Source: an uncultured Gammaproteobacteria bacterium (GTDB lineage: Bacteria > Patescibacteriota > Patescibacteriia > UBA11705 > JABHMO01). From it: DNA of 64,000 bases. The stretch covers positions 302,172-366,171 of the forward strand of contig CAZPYM010000001.1 of NCBI GenBank assembly GCA_964590105.1, in the 5' to 3' direction. The number at the start of each line of letters is the position of its first letter. Positions within the stretch are counted from its first letter, which is position 1. Below the pieces are notes generated by a model, which made no database searches, was not told the origin of the DNA, and saw nothing but the letters and a program-made list of their open reading frames with translations. Shown here piece after piece: positions 1 through 9,530 of the stretch. A program made the position numbers and the translations under genes.

Positions 1-378
1 CTTCTGCTCGGACAAGCATGAGCCATCTGCGCACACGGCCACTGCGCAGACATTGCTGTCGTCGCAGTCAACGTCTTCCGAACATTCAGGAAGATTCACC
101 TCTTCCTCAGTCAAAGAATCAGCAACCACGTCATCTTCGACCTCTTCGGTCGTATCCGCAGTCACATCCTCGAACCGGTAAGGAGGCTCACCATTGCAAA
201 ACCCTTCATTACAAAAAGAATGTCCGAGTTGAAAACAGTCCGAATTAACTGAGCACTCCGGCTCAGACACCTCTGAGGAAACATCTTCCTCAGCTTTCTG
301 GACTGCGTCCTTGTTGTCACACCCAGTAAACATAAAAACCACCAGTGATACCAAAGACACAAGAATCAATTTCTTCAT
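1..378 (-). CDS. Cys-rich secreted lipoprotein; 5' portion only, since the start is at 378 and the ORF runs off the window edge
   Basis: My own translation of the minus strand from the ATG at 376-378 gives MKKLILVSLVSLVVFMFTGCDNKD..., a signal peptide plus lipobox (FTGC). It is followed by acidic Cys-rich repeats (ECSVNSDC..., ECSEDVDCDD...) and stays open to position 1. GC is ~50%, above the local background. It is absent from the ORF track only because it is incomplete. Confidence 0.5.
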   Translation of the reverse strand, partial: MKKLILVSLVSLVVFMFTGCDNKDAVQKAEEDVSSEVSEPECSVNSDCFQLGHSFCNEGFCNGEPPYRFEDVTADTTEEVEDDVVADSLTEEEVNLPECSEDVDCDDSNVCAVAVCADGSCLSEQK

Positions 379-1222
379 TTCGCTTCCCCTTTGTAGTTAA
401 GACACCTTGTCAAACAACATTCAAAAACCACAACTACACAAACATCAATAATTTCGTGCAATTGTTGTTTTTGAATTATTAGTTTTAATATATAATTAAA
501 GCTAATTTTTAATATTTAGTCAAGAGGAAAATGACTGTATGTCAGCGGGTGTATGAAAAAAAAAGGAATTTATGGTAAAATTAGCTTAGGGCACAAGCTA
601 AAACATAAACCGCTTCTTTATGCTTTATGGTATAGCACATTTTTAAAAATTCAAAGTTATGTTTTTTACTCTAAGAGCATGAATGCTGCGAACAAACCAA
701 TTATTTGTGTTGAACAGCCTTAGAATGGTGATATTTATCCTTACTGTGTCAATAAAAAGTACCACTTTCCTGCAAAGGGTAAATAGAAAATCAACAGGCG
801 CTAGTTGAATTTGTCAAAGTTTACAAGAGATTGCCTGATTTCAAGAATATTAATGACGAATGGGCTGTGTAATACATTGCCTATAATGTCAGAAATGTTG
901 TCAGAAATTTGAACAGTGAAAGGGCTGCAATCGGTACATTCAAAAGTGTTTACGGATATGTGCCTAGCACCTCGCACCAGTGGTCAATCATGAGAGCAAT
1001 TGGGTACACCGGAGCAAAAAGATAGTACATTTAGAAACGTTAGTATAGAGAGGGGACGGCTTAGGCTGTCTCCTTTTGTTTTCAGGAAAATATGCTATAA
1101 TAAAAAAACTGTTATAGCGAGCAAACAATATCGAAGTTCACGCTTGTTCAACAATTTATTTTAATTTTGTTGATTATAATTTGCTTGTTCTTTGTATTTT
1201 GTTTGTTATTTGTAATTTTGTT

Positions 1223-1375
1223 ATGAAATCATGCATTGTCTGCGAGAAAAAAATTGACGACAACAAGGCCATTGCCAAGCACGAGGTATATTTTTGTTCT
1301 GAAAAATGCCTTAAGGAATATGAAGAAAAACTGGAAAAACTCAAACAAGTTGTTGACTGGGACAATTGTTGTTAA
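1223..1375 (+). CDS. small TRASH/YHS-type zinc-ribbon protein (~50 aa)
   Basis: CIVCEKK...(x19)...YFCSEKC matches the TRASH/YHS metal-binding C-x2-C...YFCSxxC pattern. I chose the ATG at 1223 (MKSC...) inside the listed 1181..1375 ORF, because the upstream part looks like leader motif rather than coding. Confidence 0.4.
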   Translation: MKSCIVCEKKIDDNKAIAKHEVYFCSEKCLKEYEEKLEKLKQVVDWDNCC

Positions 1376-1833
1376 ATATGAAAAATTTTATCCTGCAAAA
1401 AAATGACGGCTCGAAATTTGACCTAGCGAAATATCAAGGCAATGATTATCTTATCTTGATTTTTTTTCGCGGCGCCTGGTGCAATCATTGCAAAAAACAA
1501 TTGCTTGACATTAATAATCATTATGCGGAATTTTCAGAACTTCAGATCAAACCTCTGGCCATTTCATGCGATTCAAAGCTCAAATCAAACCTTCTAAAAA
1601 ACTTTCTTAAACTGAAGTTTTCGGTATTATCAGATTCTGAATTTGCGGTTATTGATTATTTCAATCTAAAAACTGAGTACAAAGGCCAAATTGTCTCCAA
1701 GCCAGCAACAATTTTGATTGAACCGCAAAAACATAAGGTGATTTATGAATATGTCGGCGTTGATTATGACGACCGCCTTTCAGCGAAAACAATCCTAAAT
1801 AATATTAAACAACCAGTAAGATCAAACCTATGA
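1366..1833 (+). CDS. thiol-disulfide oxidoreductase, redoxin/AhpC-TSA (thioredoxin-fold) family
   Basis: A 155-aa ORF with FFRGAWCNHCKKQ (CxxC in a thioredoxin-fold context). Confidence 0.7.
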   Translation: MLLNMKNFILQKNDGSKFDLAKYQGNDYLILIFFRGAWCNHCKKQLLDINNHYAEFSELQIKPLAISCDSKLKSNLLKNFLKLKFSVLSDSEFAVIDYFNLKTEYKGQIVSKPATILIEPQKHKVIYEYVGVDYDDRLSAKTILNNIKQPVRSNL

Positions 1834-3176
1834 AAAGAATTTTTTTTAGCCTTGTCTTGTGCTTTTTGGTTCTATCGCCAGTCATGGCTATGGCCGCTGA
1901 CAACGCCATTTCTAACGAAGGAGGAATTATTTTTTCCGAGCCGATCGATAATTCAGCCGCCCAGCTTTTTCTCGGGCAACAACACAATTATACAGTCACT
2001 ATGCGCGGCAATGGAGAATCGGTTGTTTACGCCAAAATATCTTTTACCAATTTTACTGAAACTGATTTAAATTCACTTAAATTCAAAACCGAAGCAAAAT
2101 TGAATGAACTGGTGGCTTTCCAGCAAATTTTACCTGACGTATGCAAAGAGAAAAAATACAACCAAGAAACAAGAACTTATGATTGTCTGCAATATGGCCC
2201 GCCCGCATATTATAATCAAAACTCATATTATTATTATAATAACTCAAACTTGAACGCCAAATATTCCAAGAGCAACTTTTCAATAACAGGGGATCAATAC
2301 GAATTTTCTTTGCCAACGGCGGTAAAACCAAATGAGCAAGGCGCAATTTTACTTGCGTACCGATCAAAAGATTATGTGGATAAAAAAGCTTTGGGCCTTT
2401 TCAAGTTTCATTTCACCACGCTGACTGCACCGGTAAAGGTCAACGACGTCAATGTCGCAATAAAATTAGACTCCGAACTTTACATGAAAGGCCAAAAATC
2501 AGAAGTAAATTATAAATCAATGGATATAGGACTGTCTGCCGGACTGAGCGAAACCGCAAGTTTTCAAAATCCAACTCTTGACACCCTTTCTTCAGAGCTC
2601 GGCTATTCCGGCCAATTGAAAAAAACTGCCAAGGATCTGGCGCCGGACGAATCATTCACAGTCAATGGAAAATACGCGACTACAAAATTCAGACTCTATC
2701 TGCCAAATGTCATTATCGGCGCGCTTGCACTTGCTCTGCTGATTATAATTCTTTATTTTCTCAATAAACATTTCACCAAAAAAAATGATAGTCCAACCGG
2801 ACTTCTAGCAAATGGCCCTTCTCTGGCTGAAAACCAAAAACAGAGCTCATTCAAAGACGAACAAATCACATTATTTAACGGTCAATATCTTGTTTGGTCA
2901 TTTATTTCTTCATTAATTTTATTTTTTCTTAGTTACTCAATGAAATGGATTAGCGATGTTCGTTGGAGTAGCATATTTCCGGACGGAACTGAATTCATTA
3001 TTGTTGTCGGAGTAATTATTCTCATCTTGGTATACATCTTTTTAATTTTTGGCGTTCCAATTATTTTTGCCAGCAAACACGGCTGGCGGGCATTTGTTTC
3101 CGTACTACTCGACATTATTGTTATTTCTTCAATTTTGTTTTTTATTTTAATTGGAATCTTCACGTTAATCAAATAA
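1830..3176 (+). CDS. membrane protein: signal peptide, ~280-aa extracytoplasmic domain and C-terminal multi-TM region; function unknown
   Basis: N-terminal MKRIFFSLVLCFLVLSPVMAMA signal. The middle is N/Y/S-rich. The C-terminus has several hydrophobic helices (IIGALALALLIIILYF, IIVVGVIILILVYIFLIFGVPIIF, VLLDIIVISSILFFILIGIF). Confidence 0.55.
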   Translation: MKRIFFSLVLCFLVLSPVMAMAADNAISNEGGIIFSEPIDNSAAQLFLGQQHNYTVTMRGNGESVVYAKISFTNFTETDLNSLKFKTEAKLNELVAFQQILPDVCKEKKYNQETRTYDCLQYGPPAYYNQNSYYYYNNSNLNAKYSKSNFSITGDQYEFSLPTAVKPNEQGAILLAYRSKDYVDKKALGLFKFHFTTLTAPVKVNDVNVAIKLDSELYMKGQKSEVNYKSMDIGLSAGLSETASFQNPTLDTLSSELGYSGQLKKTAKDLAPDESFTVNGKYATTKFRLYLPNVIIGALALALLIIILYFLNKHFTKKNDSPTGLLANGPSLAENQKQSSFKDEQITLFNGQYLVWSFISSLILFFLSYSMKWISDVRWSSIFPDGTEFIIVVGVIILILVYIFLIFGVPIIFASKHGWRAFVSVLLDIIVISSILFFILIGIFTLIK

Positions 3177-3197
3177 AATAGAACAATAAAGCTAAAA

Positions 3198-3228
3198 GAA
3201 GGCGCTTTGGAGCGCTTTCTTTTTTTTT
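3198..3228 (+). terminator. rho-independent terminator after the 1830..3176 gene
   Basis: gaaggcgc-tttgga-gcgctttc hairpin followed by T9. Confidence 0.55.
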
Positions 3229-3246
3229 CAGGCAGAATATACTATA

Positions 3247-4365
3247 ATGCGGTCATATCCTAGATATTATTATATGAAGCTGAGTTTATTTGATTACAAA
3301 CTACCTGAAAGGCTCATAGCCCAGGAGCCGGCCTCACCGCGAGACCATTCACGGTTATTGGTTTACAACAAAAAAACCGGTGATATAGTCCACGACAGAT
3401 TTTTTAATTTGCCAAAATACTTAAATCCCGGCGATGTTATGGTTTTTAATAACTCAAAAGTCTTTCCCGCGAGACTACTCGGAAACAAGGAAACCGGAGG
3501 CAAAGCCGAGGCCCTTCTCTTAAGAAAGCTAAAGAGCGGGCAATGGGAAGCTCTCCTCGGCACCAGGCACCCAAAAGTCGGCCTAAAACTGAGCTTTAAC
3601 AAGGGTTTAACCGCCAAAGTAATTGGTACGCCGACTGCCAAAACATGGCTCTTACAATTCAATTTCTCCGGTCCGGCTTTTTATGAAATTTTAGACAAGA
3701 TTGGTCAAGTGCCAACCCCTCCTTATATAGACGTAAAAAATCAACTCTTCCACTCGCATTCACTCGCTAAGAGTGACAAAAAGATAAGAAATCAGTATCA
3801 AACAATTTACGCAAAAAAACTTGGATCTGCCGCCGCACCGACTGCGGGCCTGCACTTCACAAATCGATTGTTAAAAAAGATTCGAGACAGGGGAGTGCAG
3901 ACAGAGTTTGTAACCCTTCACGTTGGACTCGGGACATTTGATCCGGTTAATACAGAAAATATTGAAGAATACAAAATTCATCAGGAATGGGTGAGTGTTG
4001 ATAAGCAGACAATTAAACGCCTGATCAAAGCAAAGCAAGTCGGAAAAAGAATTATCGCCGTCGGAACAACTTCAGTGCGAACGCTTGAAACTTTATTTTC
4101 AACTTCGCCTATTTGCGATATTCGCGATTCGCGTCAATCGCATATAAATTCGTGTCATTCGTATTATACTGACATTTTCATCCACCCTGGCTATAAATTT
4201 AAATTTATCAATGCCATAATCACTAATTTTCATTTGCCAAAATCAAGTTTAATAATGCTTGTTTCAGCTTTTATCGGACGCAAGAAAACGCTCGAATTAT
4301 ATAACAAGTGCATTAAATTAAAATATAGATTTTTCAGTTTTGGCGACGCTATGTTTTTGCAATAA
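3247..4365 (+). CDS. queA: S-adenosylmethionine:tRNA ribosyltransferase-isomerase
   Basis: The N-terminus MKLSLFDYKLPERLIAQEPASPRDHSRLLV is the canonical QueA start, and the length (372 aa) is typical. Confidence 0.9.
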   Translation: MRSYPRYYYMKLSLFDYKLPERLIAQEPASPRDHSRLLVYNKKTGDIVHDRFFNLPKYLNPGDVMVFNNSKVFPARLLGNKETGGKAEALLLRKLKSGQWEALLGTRHPKVGLKLSFNKGLTAKVIGTPTAKTWLLQFNFSGPAFYEILDKIGQVPTPPYIDVKNQLFHSHSLAKSDKKIRNQYQTIYAKKLGSAAAPTAGLHFTNRLLKKIRDRGVQTEFVTLHVGLGTFDPVNTENIEEYKIHQEWVSVDKQTIKRLIKAKQVGKRIIAVGTTSVRTLETLFSTSPICDIRDSRQSHINSCHSYYTDIFIHPGYKFKFINAIITNFHLPKSSLIMLVSAFIGRKKTLELYNKCIKLKYRFFSFGDAMFLQ

Positions 4366-4447
4366 TTAAAACAAAGGAAACATCGCAAACGTTGATATAT
4401 ATTACTAAAATGCTATAATCTAAGCAGAAATACATTAGCCACTGCTT

Positions 4448-4984
4448 ATGAACTTTTCTGAAGAACAAAAAAAAGAGCTCCTGGAATATGCGCGGCTGGT
4501 GCTGATTGCTATAATTAAGGACGGTACAAAATTTGAAGAAGATTGCCCGGACACAAACTATCTGGAATCAGCCGGCGTTTTTGTTTCACTGCACAAAGAC
4601 AAAGAGCTTCGCGGCTGTATCGGCTACATTGAGCCGGTTGAATCAATTTGGGGCGCGATTGCGAATAACACGATTTCAGCGGCAACCAGGGACATCAGAT
4701 TTTCAAACGTGAGTCCGGAAGAACTCGAACAAATCACTATTGAAATTTCAATTCTAACTAGAGCAAAAGAATGCCGACTTGATGAAATCGAGCCAGGCAA
4801 GCACGGCGTTATTATTAAACAGGGACATCACCAGGCAACTTATCTGCCTCAAGTCTGGGAAGACCTGTCGGACAAAGAACAATTTTTCGGAACTCTCTGC
4901 CAAAAGGCCGGACTTGGTTCAGATTGCTGGACCAATGAAGCAACTAAATTTTATAAGTACGAAGCAATGGTTTTTAGTGAATAA
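4448..4984 (+). CDS. AMMECR1 domain protein (AmmeMemoRadiSam system protein A-like)
   Basis: 178 aa with the LRGCIGYIEP motif characteristic of AMMECR1. Confidence 0.8.
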   Translation: MNFSEEQKKELLEYARLVLIAIIKDGTKFEEDCPDTNYLESAGVFVSLHKDKELRGCIGYIEPVESIWGAIANNTISAATRDIRFSNVSPEELEQITIEISILTRAKECRLDEIEPGKHGVIIKQGHHQATYLPQVWEDLSDKEQFFGTLCQKAGLGSDCWTNEATKFYKYEAMVFSE

Positions 4985-5033
4985 GTATATAAGTGCGTAA
5001 GGACGAAAGCACATCATTAGCAAGCCACATAAT

Positions 5034-5393
5034 ATGCCACTAGTAAAAACATTTGATGAAATCTTGGCGTGGCAAAAAGGTCATGCTTTAGCGTTGGAAA
5101 TTTATAGTATAACAAAAACTTTTCCACCCGAAGAAAAATTCCGCTTAGTTGATCAAATGTGTCGCGCTGTTATTTCTTTTCCATCAAATATCGCTGAAGG
5201 ATTTAAAAGAAAAGGAAAAAATGATTCTCTCCGTTTTTATAACATTGCGCAAGCATCTTTAGAAGAATTAAAATACCAGCTTTTACTTGCAAAGGATTTA
5301 AAATATATAACAAACGAAAAATATAAAAATTTACTGTTGTTATCTGAAGAATGCGGCAAACTTCTAAATGGCTGGGCCAAATCACAAAAATAG
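5034..5393 (+). CDS. four-helix-bundle protein (family often encoded in 23S rRNA intervening sequences, TIGR02436-like)
   Basis: 119 aa. KGHALALEIYSITKTFPPEEKFRLVDQMCRAVISFPSNIAEGFKRKGKND matches this family's signature. Confidence 0.65.
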   Translation: MPLVKTFDEILAWQKGHALALEIYSITKTFPPEEKFRLVDQMCRAVISFPSNIAEGFKRKGKNDSLRFYNIAQASLEELKYQLLLAKDLKYITNEKYKNLLLLSEECGKLLNGWAKSQK

Positions 5394-5441
5394 CCACATT
5401 TCACTTACCACTTACACACTTATTCACTTATCACTCCCACT

Positions 5442-6383
5442 ATGAAATCGAATTACATCAAAAAACTCCAAACAGGGGACCAGCTAGTTAACGAACAATT
5501 CGCAATAAAAAATGTTCGCTATGGCAGAACACAGGCGGGAAAAGATTATATTGATTTATCATTAAGTGACAGAACAGGTGAAATTGATGGAAAAATCTGG
5601 GAAACAAATATTCAAAACTGCGCTGAAATTCAAACTGGCGACGTGGTCGAGCTTTCCGGAAAAGTTGAAGAATTTCGGGATAAGCAACAAATCAATATTG
5701 GATTTCTGCAAAAAGCCGTCAACTTTGACCTGAGTGACCTCCTGCCAAAAAGTGACAAAGATCAAAACGCGCTCTGGCAAACTGTGCAAGCAAACGTTGA
5801 TCAGATTGAAAACAAATATCTAAAAAAACTTTTGCTGAAATTTTTTGGCACTGAGGATTTTACTGAAAAATTCAAAGTTTCGCCCGGCGCCGAAAGGATT
5901 CATCACGCTTATCTTGGCGGACTAATGGAACATACCGCGGAGATGCTTGATCTGGCGAACACTCTTCTGAATAATTATCCTGAACTTGACCGGGATTTAC
6001 TAATCTGCGGCGTGTTATTGCATGATTGCGGCAAAACGCAGGAATTAGCTGTCAATCATGCGATTTATCGGACGACCGAAGGATCATTGATCGGCCATAT
6101 TTCTCTTGGCTCTTTCATGGTCGCAAAAGCGATTGACTCAATAAAAGACTTTCCGGTCGAACTTCGCGCAAAAGTTATAAACATGATCCTCGGTCATCAT
6201 GAAAAACTGGAATTCGGCTCGCCGATCAAACCCATGACCCGCGAAGCTTTTGCTCTGGCCCATATTGATAATTTATCTGCCAAAGTCAACACTGCCAATA
6301 AAGTTGTAAAAGATTTGGAAAACACTGAACAGGAATTCAGCGACAAAAACTATGCCCTCGACACAAAATTATATTTAAATTAA
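5442..6383 (+). CDS. OB-fold plus HD-domain phosphohydrolase, YhaM-like 3'-5' exonuclease
   Basis: N-terminal OB-fold-like region (GEIDGKIWE...VVELSGKVEEFRDKQQINI) followed by the HD motif (HHAYLGGLMEHTAEM...LLHDCGK). There is no SD sequence; the leader is a CACTTA repeat. Confidence 0.7.
   Translation: MKSNYIKKLQTGDQLVNEQFAIKNVRYGRTQAGKDYIDLSLSDRTGEIDGKIWETNIQNCAEIQTGDVVELSGKVEEFRDKQQINIGFLQKAVNFDLSDLLPKSDKDQNALWQTVQANVDQIENKYLKKLLLKFFGTEDFTEKFKVSPGAERIHHAYLGGLMEHTAEMLDLANTLLNNYPELDRDLLICGVLLHDCGKTQELAVNHAIYRTTEGSLIGHISLGSFMVAKAIDSIKDFPVELRAKVINMILGHHEKLEFGSPIKPMTREAFALAHIDNLSAKVNTANKVVKDLENTEQEFSDKNYALDTKLYLN
6318..6383 (+). repeat. left copy of a ~66-bp imperfect direct repeat (3' end of the YhaM-like gene)
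   Basis: aaaacactgaacaggaattcagcgacaaaaactatgccctcgacacaaaattatatttaaattaa, compared with the copy at 6746-6810 (~5 mismatches out of 66). Confidence 0.7.
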
Positions 6384-6388
6384 ACAAC

Positions 6389-6706
6389 ATGAAAAAAGTA
6401 TTTTTTATTGTTACTGGAATCGCAAGTCTGTCGGTCATACCAAACCTTTATGTTTTTCTCTCAACTTTATTTTTCATATTTCCTAAAGTTGGAAGGCCTA
6501 ATGACTTTTCTGACGGCTTATTCATTGCCTTAGAAATACTTTTTTCTTTGGTTCCGATATTGTTTTTACTTATTGGCCTGCTAAAAAACAAAAACAACAC
6601 ACTCTCAGGTCTGTTCATGACTGTTGCAATTCTAATAAACATACCAATTTTACTAATTTCACTATATATAGCCGCTGCTCTAATTTTTGGCGCCGGCCCC
6701 CAATAA
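6389..6706 (+). CDS. small hydrophobic membrane protein (105 aa), bracketed by the 66-bp direct repeats
   Basis: Three predicted TM helices (FFIVTGIASLSVIPNLYVFLSTLFFIF, LFIALEILFSLVPILFLLIGLL, LFMTVAILINIPILLISLYIAAALIFGAG). Confidence 0.45.
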   Translation: MKKVFFIVTGIASLSVIPNLYVFLSTLFFIFPKVGRPNDFSDGLFIALEILFSLVPILFLLIGLLKNKNNTLSGLFMTVAILINIPILLISLYIAAALIFGAGPQ

Positions 6707-6745
6707 TTAGCATCCAGTAACTAAAACGGTTAATTTTAATCGCAC

Positions 6746-6810
6746 AAAACACTGAGCAGGAATATAGCGACAAAAACTTTGCTCTCGACACAAAATTATA
6801 TTTAAATTAA
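6746..6810 (+). repeat. right copy of the ~66-bp imperfect direct repeat
   Basis: aaaacactgagcaggaatatagcgacaaaaactttgctctcgacacaaaattatatttaaattaa. Confidence 0.7.
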
Positions 6811-6903
6811 TTGAATAGACATTATTCATAAAACATAAAGCATAGAACATCCGTTAGTCATTTGTAATTTCGGTAACTATTATTTGTAATTTTCAAATAT
6901 TTT

Positions 6904-8112
6904 ATGCCCGCTGTGAACAACAACAATAAAATCAACATCGTCATGTTCAACATGGGTACTTTTTTTGATTGGGATCACGGCATTGTCAATCGCAACTGGA
7001 ACATTATGAATGCGCTGGCAAAAGAAGATCGAATTGACAAAATTGTCGGCGTTGATTTTCTGCCCATTGGCTGGAAAAAAGCAGCTGCTCATTATCTAAA
7101 AAACATTTTATTTGAAATCAAAAGCGCAAAAATTATTTACGGCGACCTGATGAGCGCCTGCTATCAGAGAACGGATAAAATTTTTGCCTATACAACCGTT
7201 GAATCTGTATATTCAATGAAAAAAGTCGCCAAGGAATTAAGGCGCGTGGAAAAAATTCTTAATCTGAAAAATATTGTTTTCTGGTCCTACAATCCGATGT
7301 TTGTTGAATTTATCGACAAACTCAATGAAAAAATTTTTGTTTTTGACACAGTTGACAATTGGGCCGAGCATCCTGGATACACAAAGATGATGAGAAAAAG
7401 TCGATTACTGAAAAATTATCAGACAATCGCGGAAAAAGCTGATTTAATTTTCACGGTTTCAGAAGAACTCAAGGATTTTTACAAGCAAATGAACAGAACA
7501 AAAGACGTGCACTGGATTCCAAACGGAGTCGACTATGATCATTTTAATGATCCTGAAAAAATTAATCGTGACAATGAACTAAGTGAATTTGATAAACCAA
7601 TTATCGGCTATCTTGGCACGATTGAAGACCGGATTGACTTTGATCTGCTGACAAAGATTGCCCGCGCGCACCGCGGCAAAGAACTGGTTTTGTGCGGACC
7701 GGTCTGGCCGGTCGTGGAAAAAGAATTAAATAAAAAAATAAAAGATTTAAAAAACGTACATCTTCTTGGACGAATCAAATTCGATGACGCACCGAGCTAT
7801 GTAAATAAATTTGACGTAGCCATTATCCCTCACAAAACAAATGCCTTTGTTAATACCATGAACCCGATGAAAATGTATGACTATCTGGCCTGTGGGAAAC
7901 CGATTGTCGCAACCAAAGGCGCCGGCATTGAAATGTTCAAGGATCATATTTATATAACGAATGACAGTGATAAATTTGTTGATCATATCGACCAAGCGCT
8001 CAAAGAAGACTCGCCGGAAAAACAAACCGCGCGTCGAAATGCAGTACGAGAACATTCCTGGAAAGCTCGAGCAGACAAAATGACCGAACTTCTGTTCGAA
8101 AAACTAAAATAA
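6904..8112 (+). CDS. glycosyltransferase family 1 (GT4-type)
   Basis: 402 aa. The C-terminal region (GRIKFDDAPSYVNKFDVAIIPHK...MKMYDYLACGKPIVATKGAG) is typical of the group-1 glycosyltransferase domain. Confidence 0.75.
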   Translation: MPAVNNNNKINIVMFNMGTFFDWDHGIVNRNWNIMNALAKEDRIDKIVGVDFLPIGWKKAAAHYLKNILFEIKSAKIIYGDLMSACYQRTDKIFAYTTVESVYSMKKVAKELRRVEKILNLKNIVFWSYNPMFVEFIDKLNEKIFVFDTVDNWAEHPGYTKMMRKSRLLKNYQTIAEKADLIFTVSEELKDFYKQMNRTKDVHWIPNGVDYDHFNDPEKINRDNELSEFDKPIIGYLGTIEDRIDFDLLTKIARAHRGKELVLCGPVWPVVEKELNKKIKDLKNVHLLGRIKFDDAPSYVNKFDVAIIPHKTNAFVNTMNPMKMYDYLACGKPIVATKGAGIEMFKDHIYITNDSDKFVDHIDQALKEDSPEKQTARRNAVREHSWKARADKMTELLFEKLK

Positions 8113-8155
8113 AATATTAAATTTTGAATTTTATATTTCCTTTGTGTTTTAGATT

Positions 8156-9070
8156 TTGAGTTTTGAATTTAATATCTATATGGATTTATCTATTGTAACA
8201 GTCAGCTGGAATGTCAAGGAACTCCTCAACCGAATGATCGACTCGGTTTTTCATTATACGGACGGATTGGATTATGAAGTAATAGTAGTTGACAATGATT
8301 CAAAGGACGGTTCAATTCCGTATTTGCGCCAGCACTACCAGGAATGGATTCAAAATAAAAAACTAAAAATCATTGATAACAAATTTAACGCCGGGTTTGC
8401 CAAAGCAAATAATCAAGGCCTAAAAATAGCTATCGGAAAATATAATTGTTTTATGAATCCGGACATGGAACTGGTGGAAAACAGTTTTTTGAAATTACAT
8501 CAGTTCATGGAACAAACACCAAGCGCCGGTATTTGCACCTGCCGGCTTTTGTACGGCGACAAAACAATTCAGGCCAATGTCAAATCAAATCCAGGTTTTT
8601 GCGATCAATTACTAGTTTTATTAAAATTACACCATTTTCTTTCCTGGCTGCCTTGCCTAAAAAAATATTTGCGCAAAGGGTTTGACTTCACGCAAAAACA
8701 ATATATTGAACAAGCCATGGGCGCTTTCATCTTTACAAGAAAAAAATTAATGGATAAAATAAACGGGTGGGATGAAGACTACTGGCTCTGGTGGGAAGAT
8801 GTAGAGCTCTGCAAAACCGTACAGGAGCAAGGACAGGATATTATTTATCTGCCGATCACTGAAGTGATTCATTATGAAGGAAAAAGTTTTGCCCAAACTC
8901 ATGGACTCAATAAACAAAAAAGGTTTAATAAAGGGATGTTGCTTTATTTCAAAAAACACCATTCCAAGCTTGCCTATATCGCGCTTTGTTTTTTCCAACC
9001 AATAAGTTGGTTTCTGACATTATTAACTCAAACATTAAAAATCAAATCACGCACTCAATCAAAAATATAA
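8156..9070 (+). CDS. glycosyltransferase family 2
   Basis: LSIVTVSWN...EVIVVDNDSKDGS...FAKANNQG is the GT2 signature, including DxD-type motifs. Confidence 0.8.
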   Translation: MSFEFNIYMDLSIVTVSWNVKELLNRMIDSVFHYTDGLDYEVIVVDNDSKDGSIPYLRQHYQEWIQNKKLKIIDNKFNAGFAKANNQGLKIAIGKYNCFMNPDMELVENSFLKLHQFMEQTPSAGICTCRLLYGDKTIQANVKSNPGFCDQLLVLLKLHHFLSWLPCLKKYLRKGFDFTQKQYIEQAMGAFIFTRKKLMDKINGWDEDYWLWWEDVELCKTVQEQGQDIIYLPITEVIHYEGKSFAQTHGLNKQKRFNKGMLLYFKKHHSKLAYIALCFFQPISWFLTLLTQTLKIKSRTQSKI

Positions 9071-9080
9071 ATTTTGCAAT

Positions 9081-9527
9081 ATGATTATTATTGAAAGAAA
9101 CAAAATTCAACATCAACCAATGATCGACGTTATCAATGATTATCATTTTTTAAATGATTTAAGTGCTGCCATTGATGAATACATGCTGGCCAATCAACAA
9201 AAAACATTTGTTGACGGAAAACCAATGCAGGTTTTTTATGTGAGCGGCATGGCCGAGCGGCACCACGAACGGCTGGTTGATTATCTGAATTCCAGGATTC
9301 TAAGAGAAGCGCCCGAAAAAGCAATATTAACCAAAGGTCATTTTGCCAAGTTCCCAACCACTCACTATTGGTTACAAATAGACGATTTAATTGTAGACAT
9401 TACCATAAAACAATTTTGCGACAAAAGTCTTGATATATATGACAGCTTGAAACAATTGCTTGACTATCAATATTTAGTCAGCGACAATCCGCAAAATTCA
9501 ATTTACAACATGTATACTGCCGCTTAA
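9081..9527 (+). CDS. hypothetical protein inside the glycosylation cluster
   Basis: A 148-aa ORF with compact spacing; no recognisable motif. Confidence 0.4.
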   Translation: MIIIERNKIQHQPMIDVINDYHFLNDLSAAIDEYMLANQQKTFVDGKPMQVFYVSGMAERHHERLVDYLNSRILREAPEKAILTKGHFAKFPTTHYWLQIDDLIVDITIKQFCDKSLDIYDSLKQLLDYQYLVSDNPQNSIYNMYTAA

Positions 9528-9530
9528 ATT

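Noticed and set aside
18-248. 76-aa plus-strand ORF at the window start
   Set aside because: Its product is Arg/Pro/His-rich low-complexity sequence (MSHLRTRPLRRHCCRRSQR...). The opposite strand encodes a convincing signal-peptide/lipobox protein over the same interval.
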